From the NCBI GenBank assembly GCA_029858245.1, contig JAOUFL010000001.1, forward strand, positions 1-34,357: DNA of 34,357 nt, given 5' to 3'. Below, one piece after another: positions 1 through 9,355 of this stretch (position 1 is its first letter; the number at the start of each line of letters is the position of its first letter). A program made the translations under genes and the position numbers. Origin of the DNA: Candidatus Zixiibacteriota bacterium. GTDB taxonomy: Bacteria > Zixibacteria > MSB-5A5 > RBG-16-43-9. The notes under the pieces were generated by a model. That model saw only the letters and a program-made list of their open reading frames with translations, made no database searches and was not told the origin of the DNA.

Positions 1-54
1 GACTTGAGGTGAAGAATATTTTACTTTTAATCTCAAGTCTCTTCACTTCTTATA

Positions 55-139
55 GGTCAGGTTGCAAAGTTACCTGACAATAGGATTTTATCTTAAGTTC
101 TGTTGGGCAGTCTCCAACAGCCTGACCCGCAAGGTTTTT
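55..139 (+). repeat. Cluster of short hairpins ending in a T-run; possibly the terminator of a gene upstream of the window
   Basis: GGTCAGGT(55-62)/ACCTGAC(72-78). CTGTTGG(100-106)/CCAACAG(114-120). Alternative outer pairing GGTCAGG with CCTGACC(121-127). T5 at 135-139. Confidence 0.3.
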
Positions 140-190
140 ATAAAGTGTTAATAAACGAGATATAACCCTAAATAAGTTCTGGAGGACAAA

Positions 191-1819
191 ATGACAAACT
201 ATCGCATACCAAATCCGGTAAATGAACCAATCTACAGTTATGCTCCTGGCACAAAAGACCGGGAGAAGCTTAAAGCAGCTTTAAAAGAGCTGAAATCAAA
301 GCAGATTGAAGTTCCTTTAGTGATCGACGGAAAGGAAATTCAAACAGAGAAGAAGGTTAAAATCACCGCTCCGCATGACCATAGTTTAATCCTGGGTTAT
401 GCCTATCACGGCAGCAAAAAGGATATAGAATCAGCCATAGATTCTGCATTGAAAGCCCAGAAAAAATGGGCTGCCCTGCCCCTGCAGCAGCGCGCAGCTA
501 TCTTTCTGAAAGCAGCTGATTTGCTTGCCGGACCCTACCGCTATATAATGAATGCTGCCACCATGCTGGCTCACTCCAAAAATCCTTTCCAGTCAGAGAT
601 CGATGCGGTTTGCGAGCTGGCTGATTTCTTCAGGTTTAATGCTTATTATATGCAGATGATCTCTGATATTCAGCCGAACAATCCAGATCCGACTATCTGG
701 AATCTTATTGATTACAGGCCCCTGGAAGGATTTATTTTCGCGGTCACGCCTTTTAACTTCGTTTCCATAAACGGAAACCTTCCCACCGCCCCAGCTATGT
801 GGGGTAATGTCGCAGTCTGGAAACCCGCAAGAAGTGTACTGTACACCTCACACTTCATTATGAAGATATTAATCGAAGCAGGGCTGCCACCCGGTGCGAT
901 TAATTTTGTTACCGGTGATTCATCGGAGATCAGCGAAGTTATCTTGAACCATGAGAACCTTGCAGGAGTCCATTTCACCGGCTCGACCTCTGTATTTCAG
1001 AATATGTGGAAGACTATTGGAGAGAATATACCCAGATACAAGACCTATCCCAGAATAGTCGGCGAGACCGGAGGAAAGGATTTCATCTTCGTTCATAAAT
1101 CCTCTGTTCCTTCTCAGGTTGCCACTGCTATCACGCGCGGTGCCTTCGAATATCAGGGTCAGAAATGCTCTGCTGCCTCCCGGGCTTATATACCCAGGTC
1201 ACTCTGGAATGAGATAAGGGAAATACTTATAAAGCAGATCAAAGAGATCAAGATGGGTGACCCCTGTGATTTCTCCAACTTCATGAACGCTATTATCGAT
1301 AAAGGAGCTTTTAAAAGTATCAAGGAGTATATTGATTTTGCCAGAAGCGCATCCGATGCCAAGATCATTACAGGAGGTAACTGTGATGATTCCAGAGGAT
1401 ACTTTATCGATGCTACGGTGATTGAGACCACAAATCCCCAATTCAAGACTATGGTGGAGGAGATATTCGGACCGGTTATTACCATATATGTATATGAGGA
1501 CGAAGATTACGAGAAGACCTTACATCTTTGTGACCAGACCTCTCCCTATGCACTAACTGGTTCCATATTCTCAACGGATCGAAATGCCGTGGAGCTTGCT
1601 GAGACTATTTTGCGAAACGCTGCAGGTAATTTTTATATAAACGATAAGCCCACAGGGGCGGTAGTAGGCCAGCAGCCCTTTGGAGGTGCCAGAGCTTCAG
1701 GTACAAATGACAAAGCCGGCGCACTGCACAATATGATAAGATGGACCTCTCCCCGCACCATCAAGGAGAATTTTGTTCCTCCGGCTGACTTTAAATATCC
1801 ATTTATGATAGAGCCATAA
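191..1819 (+). CDS. pruA: L-glutamate gamma-semialdehyde (1-pyrroline-5-carboxylate) dehydrogenase, aldehyde dehydrogenase superfamily
   Basis: 542-aa ORF with GGAGG (181-185) 5 nt before the ATG. ALDH blocks FAVTPFNF, VGETGGKDF (catalytic Glu region) and EYQGQKCSA (catalytic Cys). C-terminal FGGARASGTNDKAG is typical of the long PruA/RocA-type P5CDH. Confidence 0.9.
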   Translation: MTNYRIPNPVNEPIYSYAPGTKDREKLKAALKELKSKQIEVPLVIDGKEIQTEKKVKITAPHDHSLILGYAYHGSKKDIESAIDSALKAQKKWAALPLQQRAAIFLKAADLLAGPYRYIMNAATMLAHSKNPFQSEIDAVCELADFFRFNAYYMQMISDIQPNNPDPTIWNLIDYRPLEGFIFAVTPFNFVSINGNLPTAPAMWGNVAVWKPARSVLYTSHFIMKILIEAGLPPGAINFVTGDSSEISEVILNHENLAGVHFTGSTSVFQNMWKTIGENIPRYKTYPRIVGETGGKDFIFVHKSSVPSQVATAITRGAFEYQGQKCSAASRAYIPRSLWNEIREILIKQIKEIKMGDPCDFSNFMNAIIDKGAFKSIKEYIDFARSASDAKIITGGNCDDSRGYFIDATVIETTNPQFKTMVEEIFGPVITIYVYEDEDYEKTLHLCDQTSPYALTGSIFSTDRNAVELAETILRNAAGNFYINDKPTGAVVGQQPFGGARASGTNDKAGALHNMIRWTSPRTIKENFVPPADFKYPFMIEP

Positions 1820-1844
1820 ACCTTAGAATGACATGATGTACAAT

Positions 1845-1879
1845 AGTTCCCCACTCTGTTAAAAGCCGGGTGGGGAACT
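1845..1879 (+). terminator. Hairpin downstream of the P5CDH gene (putative terminator, no clean U-tract)
   Basis: AGTTCCCCAC(1845-1854)/GTGGGGAACT(1870-1879) forms a 10-bp stem with a 15-nt loop, followed by AT-rich TAATAAATAATT. Confidence 0.35.
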
Positions 1880-2002
1880 TAATAAATAATTGACTCCTCT
1901 TAATTACTTTTAATAAACATAATTCAATGAAATTGATTGACTTTATATAATCATACTGATTGATTACAGTTAACTTAAACAACAATCCTCTGGAGGTAAA
2001 AC

Positions 2003-3916
2003 TTGAACCCAAAAAAATCCTGTATGGTTAAACTAAGCAGGTTACTTTTACCTATTTTGTTATTGTCGATTGTACCGGGCGTAAAGGTTAAATCTGAAAT
2101 TATCGATTTCGAATCAGATCGCTGGGTTTTGAAAGATGCTCTGGTAACCGAATACCTGGGAAGAAAATCCCTCAGGGGATATGCTTTTCTGAAAGACGTT
2201 GAGTTTGAAAACGGGATTATCGAAGTGGACATGGCAGTTAGCGGTTCTCGCTCTTATCCCGGTATCATATTTCGCATGCAGTCTGTGGAGGATTGCGAGA
2301 GGTTTTATATCCGTCCTCACCGGGCTAATCTCTATCCGGATGCACTTCAGTACACCCCGGTATTCAACGGCATTGATTGCTGGCAGCTTTACAATGGAGA
2401 CGGACTTACTGCCGGAGCTGATATCCCTGTAAACCGATGGTTTCATCTAAAAATGGAGATTTCAGGTAAACAAGCCAGAATATATCTTAATGATTCTGAC
2501 CAACCTGCTTTAGCGATATATGACCTCAAACATGGATTAAGTAAAGGGACCATTGGAGTTCTTGGACCGAATAACACCAGTGCTTATTTTTCAAATTTCA
2601 GCTATAAAATCGACAGCACCTTACAATTTGAATCACCCCCTCCGGTTGAAACTCCTCCGGGAATGATTACCGAATGGGAGTTATCTCAAAACTTTAAAAT
2701 CAGCCAGATCGATATGGAAAAGTTTCCGGATGATCAAATTTTATCCGGTCTTCAATGGAAAAAAGCCACCAGTGAACCTTCAGGTCTGGTGAATATATCC
2801 CGTTATGTGCGAAGAAACGGAAGCGAGCCAGACTGTATATTTGCCAGGACAATTATTAACGCAAAAAAACCTGAGGTGGAAAAACTGCTTTTTGGATACA
2901 GCGATGTTATCAGTATCTTTCTGAATGGTAAGATATTGTTTAGCGGTACCAGCTCTTATCAAAAAAGGGACCCCTCCTTTTTGGGAATCATCGGATTGTT
3001 TGATAGGGTTTATCTGCCGCTGGAGGAAGGCAAAAATGAGCTTTTTCTCATAATTGCCGAGTCATTCGGCGGGTGGGGCTTTATGTGTCAGGATGGGAGT
3101 GCCATCTTTCAACATGAGAGTGTGGAAAAGAAGTGGGAGACAGAAAATAAATTCAAAATGCCAGAATCCATAGTTTATGATTCAGCCAGAGGCATGTTAT
3201 ATGTTTCCAACTATGGCTCTTACGATGCCACCAACCAGAGAGGCGAATATATCTCCAGGGTATCGCTGGATGGGGTGATTGAGGAATTAAAATGGGTAGC
3301 AGATTTAAATAATCCGACTGGTATGGCTATATTAAATAATAAATTATTTGTGGTCGAAAGGAAAAATCTGGTCGAGATTGATATCCAGTCCGGACGGATA
3401 GCAAAAAGATACCCGGTACCTCAGGCAAGATTTCTGAATGACATCACAGTTGACCTTTCGGATAACTTATATATTTCTGATTCATACAGGAACTTGATTT
3501 ACAGATTTAAAGATGGCAGCTTTGAGGAATGGCTGAGCGGTCTTGAGATTAAAAATCCGGATGGGCTTTATATCCACAAGAATAAATTAATACTATGTAG
3601 TACTGGCGATAACCGGCTGAAACAAGTGGACCTTGATACAAAAGAAATCAGCACTATAACAAATTTAAGCTCGGGTATTCCCGACGGAATAAAAACTGAT
3701 GTGGATGGTAATTACCTCCTCTCACACTGGGAGGGAAGAATATATAAAATTAATCCTTCCGGTGAAATAAAAAAGCTCTTGGATTTATCCGCACCAGAAA
3801 TCAACTGTGCTGATTTCGAGTACATCCCCGGGAAAGGACTTTTGCTAATACCAACCTATTTTGACAACAGGATTATGTGTTACGAGATTAATCAACAGTT
3901 TAAGGAAAAAAGGTGA
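2003..3916 (+). CDS. Secreted multidomain protein: N-terminal concanavalin/DUF1080-like beta-sandwich, central beta-sandwich, C-terminal SMP-30/gluconolactonase/NHL-like beta-propeller
   Basis: TTG start 6 nt after GGAGG (1992-1996), with a signal-peptide-like N-terminus (KLSRLLLPILLLSIVPG). The N-terminal region (GIIEVDM..GIIFR..RWFHLKMEISGKQARIYLND) resembles DUF1080-type lectin folds. The C-terminal third has repeated blade-like segments (LYVSNYG, LFVVERK, LYISDS, DGLYIH, DGNYLLSHW). Function unknown. Confidence 0.6.
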   Translation: MNPKKSCMVKLSRLLLPILLLSIVPGVKVKSEIIDFESDRWVLKDALVTEYLGRKSLRGYAFLKDVEFENGIIEVDMAVSGSRSYPGIIFRMQSVEDCERFYIRPHRANLYPDALQYTPVFNGIDCWQLYNGDGLTAGADIPVNRWFHLKMEISGKQARIYLNDSDQPALAIYDLKHGLSKGTIGVLGPNNTSAYFSNFSYKIDSTLQFESPPPVETPPGMITEWELSQNFKISQIDMEKFPDDQILSGLQWKKATSEPSGLVNISRYVRRNGSEPDCIFARTIINAKKPEVEKLLFGYSDVISIFLNGKILFSGTSSYQKRDPSFLGIIGLFDRVYLPLEEGKNELFLIIAESFGGWGFMCQDGSAIFQHESVEKKWETENKFKMPESIVYDSARGMLYVSNYGSYDATNQRGEYISRVSLDGVIEELKWVADLNNPTGMAILNNKLFVVERKNLVEIDIQSGRIAKRYPVPQARFLNDITVDLSDNLYISDSYRNLIYRFKDGSFEEWLSGLEIKNPDGLYIHKNKLILCSTGDNRLKQVDLDTKEISTITNLSSGIPDGIKTDVDGNYLLSHWEGRIYKINPSGEIKKLLDLSAPEINCADFEYIPGKGLLLIPTYFDNRIMCYEINQQFKEKR

Positions 3917-3920
3917 TAGG

Positions 3921-4682
3921 ATGATAAAAAACACTGATTGGTGGAATGATTTCTTTCCTACTTTTCGTTCCGTCTTTTACAGGATTTCAAAAAAGGATAC
4001 CAATGCTCAGGTACGCTATATAATCAAGAAACTCAATATATCCCCGGGTAATAAGTTTTTAGATTGTCCTTGTGGAATAGGAAGAATTGCCCTTCCCTTA
4101 GCCGGAAGGGGAATCAAGGTAACCGGGATTGATATTATCCCCTCATACCTGGAGGAGCTTGGAAAGAAAGCTAAGCGTCAGGATTTGATGATCAAATTGG
4201 TAAGAAATGATATGCGCAGGATTAACTTCAAAGAGGAATTCGATGCAGGAGCTAACCTCTGGACTTCTTACGGTTATTTTGAGAAAGAATCTGATAATCT
4301 CTTAGTTCTAAAGAAAATGTATCAGGCATTAAAACCCGGTGGAAAATTCATGTTGCACGTGATAAATCGAGACTGGATCATGGCAAACTACTCTCCCCGC
4401 GATTGGTTTCAAGCAGGGGATATTAGGGTACTCGAAAAAAGGAAGTTCGATTACGCTACCTCTATTAATCATAGCGAATGGTGTTTTTTGAAAGAGGGAA
4501 AGGAAACCTCACACCAGGTTATAATCAGAATGTATTCTTATCATGAGCTGATCGCTATGTTTAAATCTGTTGGGTTCGTTGATATTAATGGATATGGAAC
4601 TATAAAGGATGAGCCAATAAGCCGAGACACTATGATGATGTTTATAATCGGAACTAAACCCAGGAAAAAAAGTGATCGATAA
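3921..4682 (+). CDS. Class I SAM-dependent methyltransferase (small-molecule type)
   Basis: Motif I FLDCPCGIGR, and post-I/II spacing (VTGIDI, LVRNDM, LKPGGKF). I prefer the ATG at 3921 (AGGTGA at 3911-3916, 4 nt after the upstream stop) over the track start at 3861, which overlaps the previous gene. Confidence 0.75.
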   Translation: MIKNTDWWNDFFPTFRSVFYRISKKDTNAQVRYIIKKLNISPGNKFLDCPCGIGRIALPLAGRGIKVTGIDIIPSYLEELGKKAKRQDLMIKLVRNDMRRINFKEEFDAGANLWTSYGYFEKESDNLLVLKKMYQALKPGGKFMLHVINRDWIMANYSPRDWFQAGDIRVLEKRKFDYATSINHSEWCFLKEGKETSHQVIIRMYSYHELIAMFKSVGFVDINGYGTIKDEPISRDTMMMFIIGTKPRKKSDR

Positions 4683-4796
4683 CCACTTCGGTTGAACACG
4701 AATCAACAAAATAACTAATTAAGCATTTCTCGCTCTTAGACTTTTGACTTCAAATTCTAAAGTAAGAGAGATCTCAGGATTTTAAAAGGAGAATTT

Positions 4797-5354
4797 ATGA
4801 AGCAGGAATTCAAAGGTAATCTGTTGAGTCCTTTGCCAATTGTTCTGGTTGGAGCATTGGTAAACAATCGTCCAAATTACCTTGTGATTGGATATATATG
4901 CCCTTTTGACTTTGGGAAATATATCTTCTTTAGTTTATATAAGAAGCGTTATACACGAATTGGAATTCACGAAAACAAGACCTTTAGCGTAAACATCCCC
5001 TCAGAGGCACTGCTCACTGAAACAAATCTCTGTGGAAGTAAATCTGGACGTAATTTTGACAAAGCGTCGCTCTTTGAAAATTTTTTCGGTGAACTTAAAA
5101 CCGCACCAATGATTCGCCAGTGTCCCATAAATTTAGAGTGTGAGGTGACTGAAGTCCTGGATTATGATCCAAACGAAGGTATCATCGGCAAAGTCATCAA
5201 ATCCTATGTAGATCAGGAATGTCTCACACAAGGAAAGCTTGACATGAGGAAAGTTCATCCATTGATCTGGGCAACAGGTGGGGATTTTAACTATTACCAA
5301 CTGGGGAAAAGAATCGCTCAAGAAGAAAGTAAAGAAGATACTGCAACAACATAA
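4797..5354 (+). CDS. Flavin reductase-like (FMN-binding split-barrel) family protein
   Basis: AAAGGAG RBS upstream. Pattern LPIVLVGA..NRPNYLVIGY...FSVNIP....CGSKSGRNFDK is typical of Flavin_Reduct domain proteins. Confidence 0.65.
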   Translation: MKQEFKGNLLSPLPIVLVGALVNNRPNYLVIGYICPFDFGKYIFFSLYKKRYTRIGIHENKTFSVNIPSEALLTETNLCGSKSGRNFDKASLFENFFGELKTAPMIRQCPINLECEVTEVLDYDPNEGIIGKVIKSYVDQECLTQGKLDMRKVHPLIWATGGDFNYYQLGKRIAQEESKEDTATT

Positions 5355-5450
5355 AACCACATTATGCCATTCTAATAAACAGTACTTTAGGGATTATTCC
5401 TGCCTCTGGGTAGAATAAAGAACTATCCAGGTGGTTTATTTTAATTAATT

Positions 5451-5888
5451 TTATGAAAGTTCTTTGCGGTAAAAGAACTTTCTTTTTACCTCCTTGTATC
5501 CCAGAGCCTTATGTGCTTTCGGGCTTAAAGGATAATCCGAGGTGGTATCAGAAGCCATTTCCCTGCATCCTAAATCCTTTGCCCATTTTTCTCCCTGTTC
5601 TACTAACTTCTTTCCCACACCCTGATTCCTGAATGCAGGTGCTATAAACCATCCCTCGATATACCCGATCCTGTTCGTTTCACATCCCGGGGCTTTATCC
5701 CGGATCGAGCATTCAATAAATCCTATAAGTTTCCCTGCATGTTTTGCTACAAATACTCTCCATTTTCTATCCTTGAGTATATCGTCAGCTTCTTCTCTGA
5801 GTCGAGCAGGTTCAGCTCTCGTCCACAACTGTGCGCGAAGAGAAATCCAGTTCGATTTATCCCTCTCAGCGATTTTCCTTATTCTCAT
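5451..5888 (-). CDS. GNAT N-acetyltransferase closely resembling aminoglycoside 6'-N-acetyltransferase type I (AAC(6')-Iy-like)
   Basis: Blocks LRAQLW, LIGFIECSIR, IEGWFIAPAFRNQGVGKKLV (acetyl-CoA Q/RxxGxG/A motif), GCREMASDT and HKALGYKEVKRKFFYRKE match my memory of AAC(6')-Iy. I prefer the ATG at 5888 (GGAG 9 nt upstream) over the TTG at 5903. Confidence 0.7.
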   Translation of the reverse strand: MRIRKIAERDKSNWISLRAQLWTRAEPARLREEADDILKDRKWRVFVAKHAGKLIGFIECSIRDKAPGCETNRIGYIEGWFIAPAFRNQGVGKKLVEQGEKWAKDLGCREMASDTTSDYPLSPKAHKALGYKEVKRKFFYRKELS

Positions 5889-6087
5889 CTGTATATACTC
5901 CAACTGTGGGTTACATATATTTTATTTTAAAAATAATCAGGTTAATCAAAGATTTCCACTGGTAGTTTGTTTATCAGCACTCTTATTATGTAAGGTAAGG
6001 TGAGATGATATGACGGTTAATTCAAATTCACATAAAATAAAAAACAAGGGTGTCAAAAATAGTTTCAGGGAAGATTTCAATTGAGTT

Positions 6088-7023
6088 TTAATCCTCTGAT
6101 TTGAAATCCTCCACCCTTTTATCGATCAGTTCATAAGAGCCCTTAGAAAACTCGTATATGGTTTCATCCTCTCCCTTTTTAGCAAAATATCTTTCACTCT
6201 CTCCACCTTCTCGAAATACAGTAAGGATCTCCCCTGAGCCATCTTCCAGAACAAGTCTGAGTTGTAATACGGACTTTCCCATATCCAATTTTAGAGCCTC
6301 CTTTTTGGAAACAAAGGCATCAGCCTTAAAGGAGGAGATAAATTTTATAAAATCTTCAACCTTATCTTCTTTTACCTCATAACTTGCAGAATAAGGCGGG
6401 GGGCTAACCTTCCACAGGGTATCAGCTTTTATCAACCAGAAACTCCCTTTATTTCTAACGAATTCCACCTTTTGAATTTTCTCTGCATCGAGCTCAATAA
6501 TACTTTTATCTCTCCACTGATCCAGACGGCGACTAACTAATGGAGAAAGAAACCCCTTAGCTGACCAGACTTCTTTGGAATTCGATTTTCTTACGTAGGT
6601 ATACATATAATCGCTGGATGTTTTTCCCACTACCAGGGAGGCTAAAAGTTTCTCCCGGTTAAAAAAATCAATTCTGGTCCCGGTAAGGGTATCAACCTGA
6701 AAACGCATCTGCTTTACCGGATTGGCAGAGATCAGATCCTCTACCTCCAGGTTTGCCATCAGGTTTAAAAATTGCCCTACCAGGATTTTGTCAAGCTTAA
6801 AGGAATCGGGATGTGTGGAGTACCAGTTTTCGTCTTTTTTTTCAAAGATGCGTTTTGTTTGGAATAGTGAAAATTTTATTTTGTCCGCTGAGCTGGAGTC
6901 AAATTGCAGGAAATGCTCCACCCTTTGAGGGGCAAAAGTTTTTTTCTCTTTACTGACCACAAGAAAATAAACAATCGCACACAGAATCAGAATTAATACT
7001 AAAGCGTAGAAACTTTTTCTCAT
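6088..7023 (-). CDS. DUF4340-like membrane-anchored protein, last gene of the GldAFG-like operon
   Basis: N-terminal TM helix (FYALVLILILCAIVYFLV) followed by a soluble repeat-like region. Its position immediately after a GldG-like gene is the arrangement usual for DUF4340 proteins. Confidence 0.55.
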   Translation of the reverse strand: MRKSFYALVLILILCAIVYFLVVSKEKKTFAPQRVEHFLQFDSSSADKIKFSLFQTKRIFEKKDENWYSTHPDSFKLDKILVGQFLNLMANLEVEDLISANPVKQMRFQVDTLTGTRIDFFNREKLLASLVVGKTSSDYMYTYVRKSNSKEVWSAKGFLSPLVSRRLDQWRDKSIIELDAEKIQKVEFVRNKGSFWLIKADTLWKVSPPPYSASYEVKEDKVEDFIKFISSFKADAFVSKKEALKLDMGKSVLQLRLVLEDGSGEILTVFREGGESERYFAKKGEDETIYEFSKGSYELIDKRVEDFKSED

Positions 7024-7038
7024 CCTGCAATTTTCATA

Positions 7039-8622
7039 TCATAATTGTTTTATCTTACCCTGTTTTCTGATACGCCAGCGCAGAAATCCGAACAGGACCA
7101 CGACTGCGGGTAAGCCCAGGATATTTGCGTATTTTATCAATTTCTTCTTACCCTCAGAGATTTCTTTAAGTGGGCGGGTGGTTACTTCCTTGGAACGTAT
7201 ATCGATAAGGTTTTCATCCTGGGAAAGCCAATCCACGATATTCATAAAGAAAACCAGATTGCTTTTCGATAAGCTCCGGTCTTTTAAGAAATCAGCATCA
7301 CCTATAACCACCAATCTGTTTTCCGGACTCTGGGTAAGGGTAGATTCCGGAATCTCAGACCAGACAGAATCCTCCCCTGCTTGTGGAATTCCAATATCTT
7401 TGTAGTGGCTTTTAAATCTCCCCTGAACCACTGCTCCCAGTATCAGATTCCCCTTGCTGAAATCTGCTTTATCGAATTTTCTAAAAGGATTAATATTATA
7501 GGGATATATCTGGCTTCCGCTGTTGGCAGAGGACATTACCAGAGGTATGAAAAGAAGGTTTCTTTTAGCAGCATAATTCGAATCAAGAGAGCTCACAAAT
7601 GAAAAATCCACGTTCTCCAATCCTTTAACAATTAAGTTCTCGCGGTTGAAAGCAGTAGCCACGGGGAAAAAAGGATAGTTCACTATATTGGAATAGGTCA
7701 TATGTCCGCTCTGTTGTCTGATAGTAATCCTGCTGCATTGCATATCCACAACCAGATCATCATTTACCTTTATACCATAACTTTCTAATAGATCATCTAA
7801 GTTCAAATCGAGCCTGTCCGCCTTTCCCGCCTCCAAGTCTATATCAGTCTTATCCAGAAAAATACCTAACTTGCCGCCCTTCATCACATACTGGTCAAGT
7901 GCATATTTCTCCAGCTCGGAGAAAGGTTTTTTAGGACCTACTATAAGCAGACAACTGATATCCGCAGGGACGGATTGTCTATCCAGCAGGTTAATACCTC
8001 TGGTAGTGTATTCTTTACTCAGGGCAGAGTTCAGGTAGGTTAGATCTTTTTCCAGGGCTGCCTCATCATGCCCGGTGAGAAAACCTATAACCGGAGTTGA
8101 ACTTGAAGAGATTTTTTTTATGGTTCGGCTAAATTCATATTCCAATCCTGACAGACTCTGTACTACCGGCAGAACTGCTTTTTTATTCTCATATAGAAAA
8201 ACCAACCCCATATAAACTTTCTTTATCTCCAGCTTATCCTGTTCCATCACATTCACCTGCATAGGTGGAATACCATACCCCTGTGCCTCCAGTTCCTTAT
8301 TTTCCTTAATGGGATCTATGAGCTCCAGTTTTAGATTTCCTTTGGCATAAGCTTTATATTCCTCAAGTTTATCTTTGATATAGCGGAAATTGGTATTGTA
8401 GGGTTGCGGTAAATCCTCGCTAAAATACATTTTTACAATAACTTTATCATCCAGGTTGCGGACGATATCCTTACTGGTTTTAGAAAGAGAGAAGACCCTT
8501 CCTCCGCTTAAATCTAGACGGGAGAAGAGATTTACCGAGATAAGATTAATAAGCAACAGTACAGCCAGAACTAAAAAGATGAGTGCTGTTGAACTCAATC
8601 CATATTTAAATCTTCTTTTCAA
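7039..8622 (-). CDS. gldG: GldG-like ABC-transporter auxiliary component (ABC-type uncharacterized transport system)
   Basis: 527 aa with N- and C-terminal TM anchors (LIFLVLAVLLLINLISV; LGLPAVVVLFGFL) around a large extracytoplasmic region. It follows the ABC-2 permease after a 4-nt gap. Confidence 0.65.
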   Translation of the reverse strand: MKRRFKYGLSSTALIFLVLAVLLLINLISVNLFSRLDLSGGRVFSLSKTSKDIVRNLDDKVIVKMYFSEDLPQPYNTNFRYIKDKLEEYKAYAKGNLKLELIDPIKENKELEAQGYGIPPMQVNVMEQDKLEIKKVYMGLVFLYENKKAVLPVVQSLSGLEYEFSRTIKKISSSSTPVIGFLTGHDEAALEKDLTYLNSALSKEYTTRGINLLDRQSVPADISCLLIVGPKKPFSELEKYALDQYVMKGGKLGIFLDKTDIDLEAGKADRLDLNLDDLLESYGIKVNDDLVVDMQCSRITIRQQSGHMTYSNIVNYPFFPVATAFNRENLIVKGLENVDFSFVSSLDSNYAAKRNLLFIPLVMSSANSGSQIYPYNINPFRKFDKADFSKGNLILGAVVQGRFKSHYKDIGIPQAGEDSVWSEIPESTLTQSPENRLVVIGDADFLKDRSLSKSNLVFFMNIVDWLSQDENLIDIRSKEVTTRPLKEISEGKKKLIKYANILGLPAVVVLFGFLRWRIRKQGKIKQL

Positions 8623-8626
8623 AAGA

Positions 8627-9340
8627 CTACCTCCACTTTCTGCTTTCCAGTGAACGAACCGCTAAAAGAATGAAGAATGATATAACCGAGAGATAGTAGA
8701 TTATATCCCTTGAATCTATTACCCCTCTGGCAATATTTGAAAAATGATATTCCACACTGAGATATTCCAGAAATCCAGCCAAAAATCCGGGAAAGAAGAT
8801 TACTACCTTATCCAGCATAAACAGAATAAAGACGATAACGAAACTCAGCACAAAAGCCACTACTTGATTTTTGGTAAGACTGGAGGTGAAAATACCTACT
8901 GAAAGATATGTTGCTCCAACCATAATTAATCCTAAGTATCCACCCACCAGAGCTCCCTCATCCAGATTTCCCAGGGTAGAAAGGGTCAAAGTATAAGTTA
9001 AGGTTAGAAGAATAGCAACTGAAAGCAGTATCAGGGCTGAGAGATACTTCCCCAGGACCACTTCCCAGTCCTTAACCGGGAGCGTGACCAGAATCTCCAT
9101 AGTCCCGCTTCTTTTTTCCTCTGAGATCAGCCGCATGCTGATTGCCGGAGCAAAGAACATAAAGATAAAGGGTGCTACAGAAAAAAGTCCTTGAAAATCA
9201 GCCTGGTTAGCGATAAAAAGATTATTAAAGAAAAACCAGCCGGAGATCAGAAGAAATATGGTGATAACGATATAGGCTACGGGTGAATTGAAATAGGATT
9301 TCAATTCTCTCTTACAGAAGATCCAGCTGTTTTTGAACAT
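8627..9340 (-). CDS. gldF: ABC-2 family permease, GldF-like
   Basis: 237 aa with about 6 TM helices. N-terminal ELKSYFNSPVAYIVITIFLL is characteristic of GldF-type permeases. Located between the ATPase and the GldG-like gene. Confidence 0.7.
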   Translation of the reverse strand: MFKNSWIFCKRELKSYFNSPVAYIVITIFLLISGWFFFNNLFIANQADFQGLFSVAPFIFMFFAPAISMRLISEEKRSGTMEILVTLPVKDWEVVLGKYLSALILLSVAILLTLTYTLTLSTLGNLDEGALVGGYLGLIMVGATYLSVGIFTSSLTKNQVVAFVLSFVIVFILFMLDKVVIFFPGFLAGFLEYLSVEYHFSNIARGVIDSRDIIYYLSVISFFILLAVRSLESRKWR

Positions 9341-9355
9341 AGGTAATATATCTTA

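Noticed and set aside
1-46. Possible hairpin at the window start (GACTTGAG/CTCAAGTC and GTGAAGA/TCTTCAC)
   Set aside because: The two complementary pairs are in a swapped (non-nestable) order and are cut by the window edge, so they cannot be interpreted.
3861-3920. N-terminal extensions suggested by the ORF track (3861, 5903, 19569, 23745, 24223, 27747, 29910, 32336)
   Set aside because: In each case an internal ATG with a much better placed Shine-Dalgarno sequence exists. The extension either overlaps the upstream gene, contains the SD itself (23745), or coincides with a -35 box (27747).
3921-4682. The methyltransferases (also 14524..15294) as part of a restriction-modification or other defence system
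   Set aside because: They are ~255-aa class I small-molecule-type enzymes without DNA-methyltransferase motifs (no DPPY/NPPY or PCQ/ENV blocks). No nuclease, helicase or specificity genes are nearby.
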